Positions 1 through 10,955 of a stretch of 64,000 nt of DNA are shown in pieces. Position 1 is the first letter of the stretch, and each line of letters opens with the position of its first letter. The stretch comes from Nitrosopumilaceae archaeon (GTDB lineage: Archaea > Thermoproteota > Nitrososphaeria > Nitrososphaerales > Nitrosopumilaceae). A model generated the notes under the pieces. The model saw nothing but the letters and a program-made list of their open reading frames with translations, ran no database searches and was not told the DNA's origin. The position numbers and the translations under genes are program-made. The stretch covers positions 32,001 to 96,000 of the forward strand of contig CBDATR010000024.1 in NCBI GenBank assembly GCA_965200155.1, given 5' to 3'.

Positions 1-44
1 AATTCATGTAGAAAAACAGTGACGCAACGGGGGACTTTGGTAGT

Positions 45-338
45 TTACAGGGATATGGTGCCTATCTCGTCCTTTGATACCCCTTTCCACAAGCCTATCA
101 TGCCCTGTGGCTCTACCGCTTCCACGCGGGTTATGCGCTGTATCTTTATGTGATCTGGATTGTGGGGTGCCCACAACATGGCCATATAGTCTCCTACATC
201 GCCAACCTTGTCGGGCGCCGCATCTACTACTGTACTGGACGCAAACCCAGCGCCTGTCAGGACCGCCAAAGCTTTCTCTCGCAAGTCTCTGCGGCCATGG
301 GTAAACAGGTAGACAGGCTTGCCCTCTTCTATATCCAT
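45..338 (-). CDS. Hypothetical protein (97 aa)
   Basis: ORF 45..398; its 5' end (373-398) overlaps an IS481 terminal repeat, so the ATG at 338 (MDIEEGKPVYL) is the more likely start. Confidence 0.6.
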   Translation of the reverse strand: MDIEEGKPVYLFTHGRRDLREKALAVLTGAGFASSTVVDAAPDKVGDVGDYMAMLWAPHNPDHIKIQRITRVEAVEPQGMIGLWKGVSKDEIGTISL

Positions 339-372
339 AATGTTGTCTGGATTGTGTGGTAAATCAATCTTG

Positions 373-1480
373 TGTATTATACAAAAATTAGGTCGCACTA
401 ATTTTAAGGCCCTTGCAAAGGATTATGATTCATCATTCAACGCGAGTTTCAAGGAAACTTACAGATGAGTAACGGCTCTGCAAGAAAGGAGAGTCAAGCA
501 GGAACATTACAGCAAGTATGAAGGTCTCACAGAGACATATTCAGCGCCTGTATGCAGAGTATCATAATGCCGGTACAATATACACGCACAATCAGAACCA
601 GGCCGTCCAATCCAAAACCTGACTCAGATACAATTGATGTGGTACTGCGCCAGTGCAAGAATGAACCAGCAGGAGTGTTGCAAACAGCAAAGGTACTCCG
701 CATCACCCAAATACAATACAGTGTACAAAATCATGAAAGACCATGATTTGTATGAGTTCACGTCTTCCGGAATCTTATGCACAAATCACATTAACTGTTG
801 CGATCAGTTGTGCGTAAATTTAGACACAGGTGAACTCATACCATGATTTAATGGCACCACCGACACGGAAGGGACGGCGCAAATGGGTTAGTTTTGAGAG
901 AATATATTCAAACGCCATGTGGCACGTGGACTGGCACATCGTGAAGAGCAAAAAATGGGCAGGAATGAAACCTTGTAGTATACCCGGATGATGCCTCACG
1001 ATGCGTTGTTACAGCCAGACTATTCCAGCATGTCACCTCTAAGATCGGTCCTGGCTCTGCATGCTGTAATCAGTATGTTTGGCCACCCTGCCGCCATACA
1101 ATCCGATAGCAGTTCATGCTTTGTAGGCCCAATGACACGTAAAAGAGAGAAACCGAAAAGGTACCTGGAAGCCTACAGTCTTTGAGGTGGCTCTCATTGA
1201 TCTTGGAATCCCCATGATAAACTCAATACCACAGACTAATGGTAAGATGGAGCGGTTCTTCAGGAGTCTTGGGGAAGACATGGAATACTATGGTGGCCTG
1301 TCCAAGTACATCGAGTATTGTAATGAGCGCAGACTGTACTGGTCCCTTGACATCGATAACCTGGAGACTCCGCTCACGGCGTTTCATAACAAAAGAGATA
1401 CATAGTCAATCAGGAAGAGTGACCCAAAAGGGATGGAGCGTGATGCCAATGACTAAGCGACATGATTTTTGTAGAATACA
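373..1480 (+). mobile_element. Decayed IS481-family element (transposase pseudogene) with a nested MITE
   Basis: Imperfect TIRs TGTATTATACAAAAATTAGGTCGC / GCGACATGATTTTTGTAGAATACA; frameshifted rve-type fragments (NAMWHVDWH, PQTNGKMERFFRS) homologous to the copy at 61022-62063. Confidence 0.85.
750..841 (+). mobile_element. 92-bp MITE, copy 1
   Basis: TIR GTATGAGTTCAC...GTGAACTCATAC; TSD CATGATTT. Confidence 0.95.
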
Positions 1481-1532
1481 TCCAGTAACTGCTGAATAAA
1501 GATTAAATTAACAGTATGTGGTTTTGTGCATT

Positions 1533-1826
1533 GTGAGAATATTCACCGTAGGCAGCAAATCTTTTGTGACAAGTTTTCAGCTTGCTGGTGTACCTGGTCG
1601 TATAGCAGAGAACCCGGGTAATGCAATGGATCATATCAAACAACTGGTTGACGACCCCGAGGTGGGCATAGTATTGGTAAGTGATGACATTGCCGAGTCA
1701 GTGGGTGATGATCTGACATATTTGAGGGCTAAAAAGTCTGCATTGGTATTCGCATTGCCCGCAGCAGGCAGCAAAAAAGTTGATGTAGACTATCGCCATA
1801 TGCTGAAAAAGATACTGGGTGTATAG
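1533..1826 (+). CDS. atpF: A/V-type ATP synthase subunit F
   Basis: RIFTVGSKSFVTSFQLAGV...GIVLVSDDIA...YRHMLKKILGV, typical of the ATP-synt_F family; GTG start inferred. Confidence 0.85.
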   Translation: MRIFTVGSKSFVTSFQLAGVPGRIAENPGNAMDHIKQLVDDPEVGIVLVSDDIAESVGDDLTYLRAKKSALVFALPAAGSKKVDVDYRHMLKKILGV

Positions 1827-1828
1827 GT

Positions 1829-2854
1829 ATGAAAGCGGCTAGGGTAGGTGGCCCGTCACAAATATCTGTGCACGAGTCTTCCCGGCCTATTCTGGGACTT
1901 GGTGACATACTAGTACGCATGCACTCATGCGGTATATGTGGCTCGGATATAGAGAAGGTATACGGAGAGTACAGTCAGCCATCCACAAAGTTGGGACACG
2001 AACCCGCAGGGGTGGTGGTGGCTACGGGCAATAACGTAAAAGAGTTTACCGTTGGAGACCGTGTATTCACGCACCATCATGTTCCATGCTACCAGTGTTA
2101 TCTGTGCCGTCATGGTAATGAGACACGCTGTGATGAATACTCAAAATCCAATCTTGTTCCTTGCGGACTGGCCCAGGAGTATGTGGTACCTGCCTGGAAT
2201 GTGGAGCGAGGTGGTGTGATACGACTGCCCGATTCTGTATCATTTGATCAGGCCGCAATGATAGAGCCATTGGCATGTTGTGTGCGATCATGGTCCCGGT
2301 GCCAGTATCAGAAGGGCGACTCAGTAGCCATATTTGGTACAGGTTCCACCGGTATGATGCATGCCATGCTGGCTATGCACTATGGACTGTCTGGTGTATA
2401 CTGCATAGACGTCAACAGGTTCCGTCTTTCCTTTGCCCAAAAGATTGGCGTAAGTGATTGTCTTGTAGCAGATATGACCGTTCCGGACACACTGCACCGG
2501 TGGACAGACGGGCGAGGTGTTGACTTGGCTGTGGTGGCCACGGGAAGCATGGTCGCCTTTCAGTCAGCCATACGCTCGGTGAGGTATGGTGGCACAGTAC
2601 TAATGTTTGGTGTTCCATCAAAAGGCCAAACTGTACAGCTGGATATGGATTATGTATATTCCCGGGAGATTAGAATACATGGTAGCTATGCAGCCTCAGA
2701 CAGGGATACAAACCAGGCACTAAAACTCATACGCGACGGGGATGTGAATGTGGGGCAGCTGATCACGCATAGGTACAACATATCCGAGTCTCAAAAGGCC
2801 TTTGATCATGCAAGATCAGGCAAAGATGCAATAAAGATAATCATAACAGGATAA
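1829..2854 (+). CDS. Zinc-dependent alcohol dehydrogenase (MDR family)
   Basis: CGSD, LGHEPAG, structural Zn CxxCxxCx7C, GxGxxG. Confidence 0.92.
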   Translation: MKAARVGGPSQISVHESSRPILGLGDILVRMHSCGICGSDIEKVYGEYSQPSTKLGHEPAGVVVATGNNVKEFTVGDRVFTHHHVPCYQCYLCRHGNETRCDEYSKSNLVPCGLAQEYVVPAWNVERGGVIRLPDSVSFDQAAMIEPLACCVRSWSRCQYQKGDSVAIFGTGSTGMMHAMLAMHYGLSGVYCIDVNRFRLSFAQKIGVSDCLVADMTVPDTLHRWTDGRGVDLAVVATGSMVAFQSAIRSVRYGGTVLMFGVPSKGQTVQLDMDYVYSREIRIHGSYAASDRDTNQALKLIRDGDVNVGQLITHRYNISESQKAFDHARSGKDAIKIIITG

Positions 2855-2972
2855 TCTATCTCGTGCCTACATTTACGCACAGCAGATGTAGTTGGTACTT
2901 TATGTGTGGTTGGGAAAGACGTGAACTCGCGCTAATGATTTGCGAGATTGATGAATACGTAATTCGTGCGGT

Positions 2973-3064
2973 GTATGAGTTCACGCCTTCCGGAATCTTA
3001 TGCACAAATCACATTAACTGTCGCGATCAGTTGTGCGTAAATTTAGACACAGGTGAACTCATAC
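2973..3064 (+). mobile_element. 92-bp MITE, copy 2
   Basis: TIRs; TSD CGTGCGGT. Confidence 0.95.
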
Positions 3065-3408
3065 CGTGCGGTAGCTGTTTGGGTCGCCTCGTGCATAGAT
3101 TACATCATACTTTCTCCATTGGTCTGTATTTTCCTGATAGTGGTATGCTATTCTGCCCTCACGCGACAATGAGGGTGCCGTAGCATGATTTATGAATTGG
3201 GGCATGAGTTCCGGGGCGTACATGTATGCATGCTTTATGGCGGCCATGAGTCTTTGTGTAGTAAATATTGCATTTGTCACAGAGTCTCCGTCTTGCATGT
3301 CAACGACTTATGGCGTTTACCATAATGTACTGTGGGCGACTTAAACCGTTACCGGAACATGTTTTGCCATATATAGCGCTTATAACATACCATTTTATCT
3401 ACAATCTT

Positions 3409-3912
3409 ATGGGATCTAGGGGTAAGATAATAACTGCATCTGCACTTGCTGGTCTAACCTTGGCATTGGCGCTGGTATTCATAATTAATCTCTCTGACTG
3501 GCTACCACAGGATACGGCCATGGTCATAATAACGGACGACTACAGTAGCCTGCTGGATGAATCACTAAACATACAGAATGCAATTCATGACTCACTGTGG
3601 GATCAATACCAGAGCATGCTAAACGGAACTATTACTACCCAGGAATACTCCGTCATGGCTCAGACCGCCTTAGATCAGACTACTGCCCAGATAAGGACGT
3701 TAGTGACAGCAGGTGCTCCTCCTCAGTGGGCAGAGAGATATAGTCAGGCAATAGAGTCTTTGCGAGCATTCAACAGCATGATCCGTGAGACTGTGGTCCA
3801 TGCAGACATCCTAGAGCGTGGTGACCGCGATGATGACACGGTACAGCGAGTGGCTGACCTACGACAGCGAGTTGCAGAGCATGCGGACTTGGCCGAGATA
3901 TCTAGGCCGTGA
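3409..3912 (+). CDS. Membrane-anchored hypothetical protein
   Basis: MGSRGK followed by a hydrophobic helix and a helical soluble domain; start inferred. Confidence 0.65.
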   Translation: MGSRGKIITASALAGLTLALALVFIINLSDWLPQDTAMVIITDDYSSLLDESLNIQNAIHDSLWDQYQSMLNGTITTQEYSVMAQTALDQTTAQIRTLVTAGAPPQWAERYSQAIESLRAFNSMIRETVVHADILERGDRDDDTVQRVADLRQRVAEHADLAEISRP

Positions 3913-3916
3913 TAAC

Positions 3917-4417
3917 TTGGAATCGAGGTCTCTTGTATCACTGCTAATGTTGCGGCAGGATGATCCCAAAAAGTGTACAGCTATGAGGATGGTAAAATTT
4001 GGACTTGCGCGCCCGGTCCGCCGCATACCCCGGAACTCCATACTATTACATCCGTACAATTCGAGGATGATACTGCCGTCGCATAGCTCCAGTACGTTAT
4101 GCGCCATAGACTGCTCTTGGAAGAAGGCTGTAGACCAGTTTACCACATATCGTGATGGTTATTGTCTTCCGCCACTCTTGGCAGGGAACCCGGTAAACTA
4201 TTCTAGAATGGGCGTGCTTAGTACCGCCGAGGCGGTAGCGGCAGCATTATACATAACGGGCAACCCAGAGGGATCTTATATGATAATGAACAAGTTCCGA
4301 TGGGGTCACACATTCTTGGAACTTAACAAGAATATTTTAGATGAATACTCACAAGCCACTACACAAGAAGACATGCTGGATATATCCTCGTCTTACGGGC
4401 TTGTATCAACTTTATAA
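3917..4417 (+). CDS. tsr3: 16S rRNA aminocarboxypropyltransferase Tsr3 (DUF367)
   Basis: QDDPKKCT, IDCSW, LPPLLAGNPVNY, LSTAEA, FRWGHTFLELN motifs; start inferred. Confidence 0.9.
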   Translation: MESRSLVSLLMLRQDDPKKCTAMRMVKFGLARPVRRIPRNSILLHPYNSRMILPSHSSSTLCAIDCSWKKAVDQFTTYRDGYCLPPLLAGNPVNYSRMGVLSTAEAVAAALYITGNPEGSYMIMNKFRWGHTFLELNKNILDEYSQATTQEDMLDISSSYGLVSTL

Positions 4418-4426
4418 TCTCACATT

Positions 4427-4518
4427 GTATGAGTTCACGTCTTCCGGAATCTTATGCACAAATCACATTAACTGTCACGATCAGTTATGCGTAAATTTAG
4501 ACATAGGTGAACTCATAC
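4427..4518 (+). mobile_element. 92-bp MITE, copy 3
   Basis: TIRs; TSD CTCACATT. Confidence 0.95.
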
Positions 4519-4597
4519 CTCACATTACCAATCCTGTCCACACATTACTATCCGACGTGTGTATTTGTTCTCACACTTTTATGTGCCTGTTTGGGAA

Positions 4598-7072
4598 CTA
4601 TTTCTTGCGCTTCTTATACACCACAGCGGCTATGATTCCGATTATCCCAAGAATTGCTGGTATTATTGCCCAACTCAACATCTGGCCCTCCTCAATAACC
4701 TGGTCAGGCTCTGCTACCTCTACTAGTGGCATTTCCGTGTCCTGAGGCGCCTCGCTTTCCTCAATAACTTGGTCCGGTTGGCTCATGCCAATGACAAAGA
4801 ACTCCCCTGAGTACAAGTCTGGTCTCATCACATCCTCAGACAGCGCAAATATCTTGAAACTGGCTGCACCTGCATCTATGTTTGAGGAGTCTATGCTAAT
4901 TGTATTCTCGCCATCGGATAACGATACCTCTTCGGATATGGCCATGTTTCCCGAGGAGTCTGTCACAAAGTACTTGGCTGACGTCGCATCCTGGACGGTT
5001 AGTCGTATGTCAAACTGTCCTGATACGGTGTCTGGAATATCTATGCTTGTTATCTGTGGCGTACTAACATTCTCAAATACGGACCATCTGTCTGGAGCGA
5101 AGGGATATGCGTCATCCTGGTTCCGCGTTACTGTTATTGTGCGTGCTTCTGGCGAGTATCCTTCCAGAACATATGGTCCATTGCTTATGGCCACGTGTCC
5201 TGTATCTACAATCCATTGCTCGGTAGCGTGATATCTGGAATCTGCATCTGCACTTGTACCCTCTAATGCATCAGGTACTGCGCCAGACTGCGCCAGCCTT
5301 GTAATGTATTCTTGTAGTATTTCCACATCGTTAGGGACAATAACCGACAGCCAGCTGGCCTCTGCACTGGTGGCTGCGGATCGGGAAAATGCGGTCTTTC
5401 CATCTATAACGGCCAATTCCATGGCATAGTATACTTCCCATGGCATATCTATTCCCAGACTGGCCCATGCGGCTATCTCTCCCTCATCAAAGTGCCAATA
5501 ATCTACGTACACCTCTATTGTATCTGAGTCAATCACTCGTACACCCTTGAGCATGTTCGCAAACTGCTCCGCTGTTGGCGTATACTCAGGATCAAATGTA
5601 CGCGATGATTCTCCCTCACGTGTGCCCCATTCTGTGGCAAAGTAGACTGCGTAAAGTATGTCATCCATACTCATGGGTATGCCATGGTGCCAGTTACCAA
5701 AGGTGTAATGAAACGTCACGGCGCTGGTGGCTTCTGCACCATCTCCCACCTCGTACCAAGTCTGCTCTGCGGGATCCCATAGTATGGCATCCGGTGGCAC
5801 TTGTAGTGCATCTCGCGGTCCTGCTGTGCTTATGTCCCAGTCAGCGATAACAGGAATGGTCTCTCCTGAGTAGGGGTGCCTGAATAATGAGGGATCTGAT
5901 AATACCAACCATATTTGTTTACTGTACACATCAGTAAGACCACCCACCGGATTCCAAGATCCTTGGTAAATTTGCTTAACTCCCACATCTAGCTTGCCGT
6001 CTTCCGTACGGGCGTTTATTGGTGTAAATCTGCTGGGTATGCCCGCGCCGAAATCATTTATCACGCCCTCTACTCCCTCGTTCACAACATACAGGTCTAT
6101 GGTACTAGCCAAGAATATGCGAACGCTCTCGTCTGCACCATGCGATAATGCCTCTTTAATTAGTGATACGCGCTCCTCGGCTGATTCAAACTCTGCTGTG
6201 TATATGGCCTGAGTAACATTATCTAGACGCGGATGCTCGTAGTTCCAGAATGCCGGATTATCAAAACCGGGCATATTAGAGTACCATGGGGCATACATCT
6301 GCGATAACCCTGTCGAGTCATATCGCACAAAACCTGTCCGCCCCCATCCTTCCGTGTACAGGTTCCATCTCATATCTGCGGGATCAGATCCATATACTAC
6401 GTTAAACGCCTTGTTGAGATCACCGTAATCTCTGTATACTACAAAACCTGCTTCTTCCAGCTCTATCGCGAGGAGCTCGCCTAGTGACTTGCGCGTGGGA
6501 TCATCACTTCGTATAAACGCCGTAATCTCTACTGGTTCTCCATTTACCACCCATACGCCGTCTTCTATAACTCCGCCCGCCGCTGTCATGGCCGTGTTTA
6601 TCATGGAACGTGCCTGTTCCGGATTGTATCTAAAATTGAAGGACTCAATATCCTCTATTACGGATATGTATTCCGGGTCAAACTGCCCATAATACGCATA
6701 CATGGGTGCCCCGTATCCGTCCATTAGCTCATTTACTACTAGATTACGATCTAGCAAGTAGTTTACGGCAAATCGTATGTCCTTTATGGAGAATGGATTG
6801 AATACGTCCGCCTCCGCAGGATTGAGGAGTATGCTAAAGGAGCCTCCTGTGGATTCGTATACCTTGAGGCCTTCCCTAGACTCTGGATCCGAGATCCTGT
6901 CAGACGGTATACTCCAGTAATACATGTCAATATTACCCTTTTTTACTTCCTCCAAGGCAGTATTCTCGTCTAGATATTGTATGAACCGTATCATGTCAAA
7001 ACCATTCTCTCCATATGCTACTCCGGTACCTAGTATTACTGTGGATAGAGCTAGAATTACATACCCACGCAT
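4598..7072 (-). CDS. ABC transporter substrate-binding protein (family 5, peptide/nickel type) with C-terminal membrane anchor
   Basis: Signal peptide; NPFSIKDIRFAVNYLLDR and NGPYVL motifs; C-terminal TM helix plus KKRKK. Confidence 0.85.
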   Translation of the reverse strand: MRGYVILALSTVILGTGVAYGENGFDMIRFIQYLDENTALEEVKKGNIDMYYWSIPSDRISDPESREGLKVYESTGGSFSILLNPAEADVFNPFSIKDIRFAVNYLLDRNLVVNELMDGYGAPMYAYYGQFDPEYISVIEDIESFNFRYNPEQARSMINTAMTAAGGVIEDGVWVVNGEPVEITAFIRSDDPTRKSLGELLAIELEEAGFVVYRDYGDLNKAFNVVYGSDPADMRWNLYTEGWGRTGFVRYDSTGLSQMYAPWYSNMPGFDNPAFWNYEHPRLDNVTQAIYTAEFESAEERVSLIKEALSHGADESVRIFLASTIDLYVVNEGVEGVINDFGAGIPSRFTPINARTEDGKLDVGVKQIYQGSWNPVGGLTDVYSKQIWLVLSDPSLFRHPYSGETIPVIADWDISTAGPRDALQVPPDAILWDPAEQTWYEVGDGAEATSAVTFHYTFGNWHHGIPMSMDDILYAVYFATEWGTREGESSRTFDPEYTPTAEQFANMLKGVRVIDSDTIEVYVDYWHFDEGEIAAWASLGIDMPWEVYYAMELAVIDGKTAFSRSAATSAEASWLSVIVPNDVEILQEYITRLAQSGAVPDALEGTSADADSRYHATEQWIVDTGHVAISNGPYVLEGYSPEARTITVTRNQDDAYPFAPDRWSVFENVSTPQITSIDIPDTVSGQFDIRLTVQDATSAKYFVTDSSGNMAISEEVSLSDGENTISIDSSNIDAGAASFKIFALSEDVMRPDLYSGEFFVIGMSQPDQVIEESEAPQDTEMPLVEVAEPDQVIEEGQMLSWAIIPAILGIIGIIAAVVYKKRKK

Positions 7073-7115
7073 GTTTTTGAATAATATATGTGCTATAAAA
7101 CTGTCTTGTTTTGTA

Positions 7116-8293
7116 TAGTTTGTTGTATAACTCCAAACAAGTTAGATTAAAAATGTATGTGAGGAACGGTTTGAGTATTTTCGTTCATTCTGTCAGTGAT
7201 TACTAGATTGGATCCAAGCATTAATAGCTGAGATTTTTTAAACAAACTTGATGGTATTCACCGACAATGCCAGGTACGTCCAGCGGAAGGCTATTTGGCT
7301 TTGATCATACGTGGAATTGGAAAGGCTAACCATAACAAGGAGGGTGCTCCCTACCAGTATGCCGTGGGCATGTTACATGACACTGAGAACGGCATTAGGT
7401 ATGAGATACAGGCAGGTATCCGGATTCCTTGCAGGACTACTGGAAGGGCACCAAACCCCGCACTACTCCACAATATACATACGCGGAAAAGATCTTGACA
7501 TAGAAGGGGAATGGTATGATTATCGGTACAGACAAAAAGCTAACTAGAACCATGATTGTTGACTCGGCCGGCCTTGAATCGTGACGAGTGGATTAGGGCC
7601 AAATGGAAAAAGAGGCGCGGATTCATGTGCTCGCGGACTGGGTGAACATATGCATTTACGGTTACCGGCGAGTGGGTTGGGGATACGCGCATGTTAAACA
7701 ATGCAGTACTGGGCTTGTATGCAGAAGAGCCACAACTGTACAGGGGGCACACCCTGGAATTGGAAAGTTCCGGACTCATTGCAACAGTTGCCATCTCTGG
7801 CAGGACCAACAGATAAGCCACTACCCGGAAACGCGCTGACTAACGGTGTGTCCCCCTTACCGAATAATGATGAGAAGCGCACATTTAATCTGGAATTACT
7901 TGCGGATGGCGCATACGCGTCCAGGGGTAACATGAAATTGTGCAGTCATAATCGAATCCGGACAACCATTCCACTTCAGCTAAATTCCACCAAAGGAAAG
8001 GCAACTCATGGGGACTTGCAGTCTTGGAGGAAGTCCGGAATCACCCATTTTCCGCCTTTCTGATGAGGAAAAGGCCAAAAACAAGCAGTACTTGAAGGCG
8101 GCAAAAGGATACAACAGGCGATGGATAATCTAGATAATCAGAGCCGGTTCCCGTTCAAACGATTATTCGGACACGGATTAATGGCGCGGAAATGGGATAA
8201 CATACGAGTACAACGAGTGGGTGGACGCGGTAGCAACGTAGATTACGACATGGGGAACCTGTATTCTGTCAAAGTCAGTTCTGTAACAAACTC
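7116..8293 (+). mobile_element. Decayed IS5-family (IS903-like) element, copy A
   Basis: TIRs AGTTTGTTGTATAACT / AGTTCTGTAACAAACT; frameshifted DDE fragments (YRQVSGFL, PHYSTI, MIVDSAGL, LLADGAY); close paralog at 59715-61014. Confidence 0.8.
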
Positions 8294-8520
8294 TTTGTGG
8301 CGCCTGCCCTTTAATACTCTGGAGATAACGGATCTCCAGTGATATTTCCCGGTGTTTAATATTATGAATCATAGTTCTGCCATTGGTGTCATGTAGCAGC
8401 TAAATGTTTCCCACCGGCATCCACACCCCGTGCTACACCGGTCTTGACGTGTTTTGGCGCTTTCTCCCCTATGTTGATGTGAATCTCTAATACGCGCTCT
8501 TCCGGTCTCGTTTTTTAGTG
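8294..8520 (-). pseudogene. Possible TnpB (IS200/IS605) remnant
   Basis: Minus strand reads LEIHINIGEKAPKHVKTGVARGVDAGGKHLAAT, resembling the RuvC-I GIDLG motif; frameshifted and cut off by the IS5 element. Confidence 0.45.
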
Positions 8521-8595
8521 ATGTGTATCAGATGGGAGTTTGAACTCCGGGGCGATCAAAATGGCCGCAGCAGGCATATACTCTAAATAGGTAAC

Positions 8596-10047
8596 ATGCA
8601 ACGTTCAGGCATGAACATAAGTGTCTCCTCAAGTCCCCAAGGCGCAGATATTCTGTGCTACATGATAAACGAAAATGGCGCCATACCCTACCCTAGTACT
8701 GTTCCCGACTCTGCGCTGCGCCAAATACAAAAAGATCTGGACGGGCGTTTTAATCACACCATACACACGGCAAATCCCGAGGGAGACCCACCCCGTATTC
8801 TCCTGGCAGGGTTGGGACCAAAAGAAAAGATGGACCAGGATACCATAAGACATGTGGCAGGCACCATAGCCAAGAAGGTTGAGGAGATGCGGATACACAG
8901 ATTCGCGATACAATGCCCCGAGGGGTATGATCCTCAAGAATCCGCTGCCCAGATTGTAGAGGGCGCCATGCTAGCCCTGTACAAGTTTGATCAGTACAAG
9001 GCAAAAAAAGCTGATAAGGCGCCAGATATGACCATAGTATCTAAATCCAACATTACCGATGCGGTACGCAGGGCCGAGGCGACCTCCAGTGGCGTGATAT
9101 TGACGCGTGATGTGGCGAACCAACCTCCCAACGAGTGTCCCCCGGAAGGTATGGCATCATATGCAGAACATTTGGCCAGACATGAAAATGTTACATGCAC
9201 CGTGCTGTCTGACGCTGAACTTGTAGAGGGTGGATTTGGCGGAATCATCGCGGTCGGCAAGGGTAGTGCCAACACCCCACGTCTCATCATATTACAATAT
9301 AACGGAGGACAGGGAAATCCCGTCGCATTAGTGGGCAAAGCAGTGACTTTCGACACCGGTGGTATATCGATAAAGCCCGGTGAAAAGATGGACGAAATGA
9401 AATTTGACAAATGCGGTGGCTGCACAGTACTGGGAATAATAGATGCCGCGGCAAGGATGAAACTGCCCGTCAACATAGTGGGCGCAATACCATCGGTGGA
9501 AAATATGCCCGGAGGCGAATCATACAGACCAGGAGACATAATCAAGCTGTACAATGGAAAAACCGCAGAGATACTCAACACCGACGCGGAAGGTAGACTC
9601 ATACTTGCCGATGCATTATCGTATGTGGAACGCAAGTTTGCTCCCCGTGCAATAATAGACTTTGCTACCCTAACGGGCGCATGTATCATAGCCTTAGGAT
9701 GTGATGTTGCAGGGATGGTTTCAAACGATGATGATTTAGTAATCGCGATACAGGGATCCAGCGCACAAACCGCCGAAGGAATATGGCGCCTGCCCCTAGA
9801 CCGGGACTATATGGATATGGTAAAGTCAAAAGTGGCAGACATAAAGAATCTTGGTAGTGGCCGAGCAGCAGGAACCATAGCTGCAGCAGCATTTCTGCGC
9901 AATGCCATAGAAACTACCCCGTGGATGCACTTGGATATAGCGGGTACTGCATGGGTGCAGCCGCCATCCAAGAACAAGCCGTACAATCCACCGGGTGCAA
10001 CAGGTTTTGGTGTGCGCCTCATACTAGACTATCTTTGCAAGCTGTGA
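8596..10047 (+). CDS. pepA: Leucyl aminopeptidase (M17)
   Basis: GKAVTFDTGG, MKFDKCG, NTDAEGRL, DFATLTGA, WMHLDIAG motifs. Confidence 0.96.
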   Translation: MQRSGMNISVSSSPQGADILCYMINENGAIPYPSTVPDSALRQIQKDLDGRFNHTIHTANPEGDPPRILLAGLGPKEKMDQDTIRHVAGTIAKKVEEMRIHRFAIQCPEGYDPQESAAQIVEGAMLALYKFDQYKAKKADKAPDMTIVSKSNITDAVRRAEATSSGVILTRDVANQPPNECPPEGMASYAEHLARHENVTCTVLSDAELVEGGFGGIIAVGKGSANTPRLIILQYNGGQGNPVALVGKAVTFDTGGISIKPGEKMDEMKFDKCGGCTVLGIIDAAARMKLPVNIVGAIPSVENMPGGESYRPGDIIKLYNGKTAEILNTDAEGRLILADALSYVERKFAPRAIIDFATLTGACIIALGCDVAGMVSNDDDLVIAIQGSSAQTAEGIWRLPLDRDYMDMVKSKVADIKNLGSGRAAGTIAAAAFLRNAIETTPWMHLDIAGTAWVQPPSKNKPYNPPGATGFGVRLILDYLCKL

Positions 10048-10133
10048 GTCCACGCATGATACAATTGTCATGATTCTATCGCGTTAGTGGTAATAACTAA
10101 ACATGCTTTGTCATAAATTTTAACACGCCGCAC

Positions 10134-10262
10134 CTAGTAACCGCGGCTATTCCGATCTGGCTTTGATATATTGGGATTTCTGAATCCGTGCTTCTCCATC
10201 ATGTGGTTCAGGAATGCTATATCATTGGGAAATGATGCACCACATACAGAACAGATTGCCAT
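10134..10262 (-). CDS. 42-aa C2H2 zinc-finger microprotein
   Basis: MAICSVCGASFPNDIAFLNHMMEKHGFRNPNISKPDRNSRGY; C-x2-C-x12-H-x4-H; below the ORF-track size cutoff. Confidence 0.7.
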   Translation of the reverse strand: MAICSVCGASFPNDIAFLNHMMEKHGFRNPNISKPDRNSRGY

Positions 10263-10337
10263 ACTACAGGTATGGCATCGCTGTAATATATGGGGAGCTA
10301 TGATCATAAGCCAGTGTCTAATTATAAAAAAAGGCGG

Positions 10338-10955
10338 TTATGCAGCTGATGCCAATCGCTTCTCAACCTCATCCCAGTTTACCACATTCCACCAAGCAGA
10401 TATGTAGTCGGGTCTGCGGTTCTGATACTTGAGGTAGTATGCGTGCTCCCAAACATCACATCCCAACAAGGGCACCAAGCCTTCGGTACGGGGACTGGTC
10501 TGGTTTGGCATGGACTTGTACTCTACACTCTTTGAAGATGGATTGTACACGAGCCATCCCCATCCGCTACCTTGTATTACGGCAGTGGTTGATGAGAACT
10601 TTTCCTTGAACTGTCCAAAGCCTCCGAAAGTCTTGGATATGGCATCGGCCGTGGCGCCACCGGGTTCCCCGCCACCGTTTCCGCTCATCGCGTTCCAGAA
10701 TAGGCGGTGGTTGTCATAGCCTCCACCATTGAAGTTTATGGCACCCCGTTGTTCGGTAGGAACCGAGTCCAGGTTTGCCAGTATATTCAATATGTCCACA
10801 TCCTGTACATTGGCGGGACATTTTTCCAAGGCGGCATTGAGTTTGGTGGTATATGTCTGATGGTGCTTTGTGTGGTGTATCTCCATAGTCCTAGCATCTA
10901 TGTGTGGCTCTAGTGCATCGTATGAGTATGGCACATCAGGTAATGAATATGTCAT
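10338..10955 (-). CDS. sod: Fe/Mn superoxide dismutase
   Basis: YDALEPHI, HHTKHH, GSGWGWL, DVWEHAYY motifs. Confidence 0.97.
   Translation of the reverse strand: MTYSLPDVPYSYDALEPHIDARTMEIHHTKHHQTYTTKLNAALEKCPANVQDVDILNILANLDSVPTEQRGAINFNGGGYDNHRLFWNAMSGNGGGEPGGATADAISKTFGGFGQFKEKFSSTTAVIQGSGWGWLVYNPSSKSVEYKSMPNQTSPRTEGLVPLLGCDVWEHAYYLKYQNRRPDYISAWWNVVNWDEVEKRLASAA

Noticed and set aside
8991-9689. Long antisense ORFs over pepA (similarly over lig, carB, carA and the 3-hydroxyacyl-CoA dehydrogenase)
   Set aside because: Antisense shadows of conserved genes with no motifs of their own.
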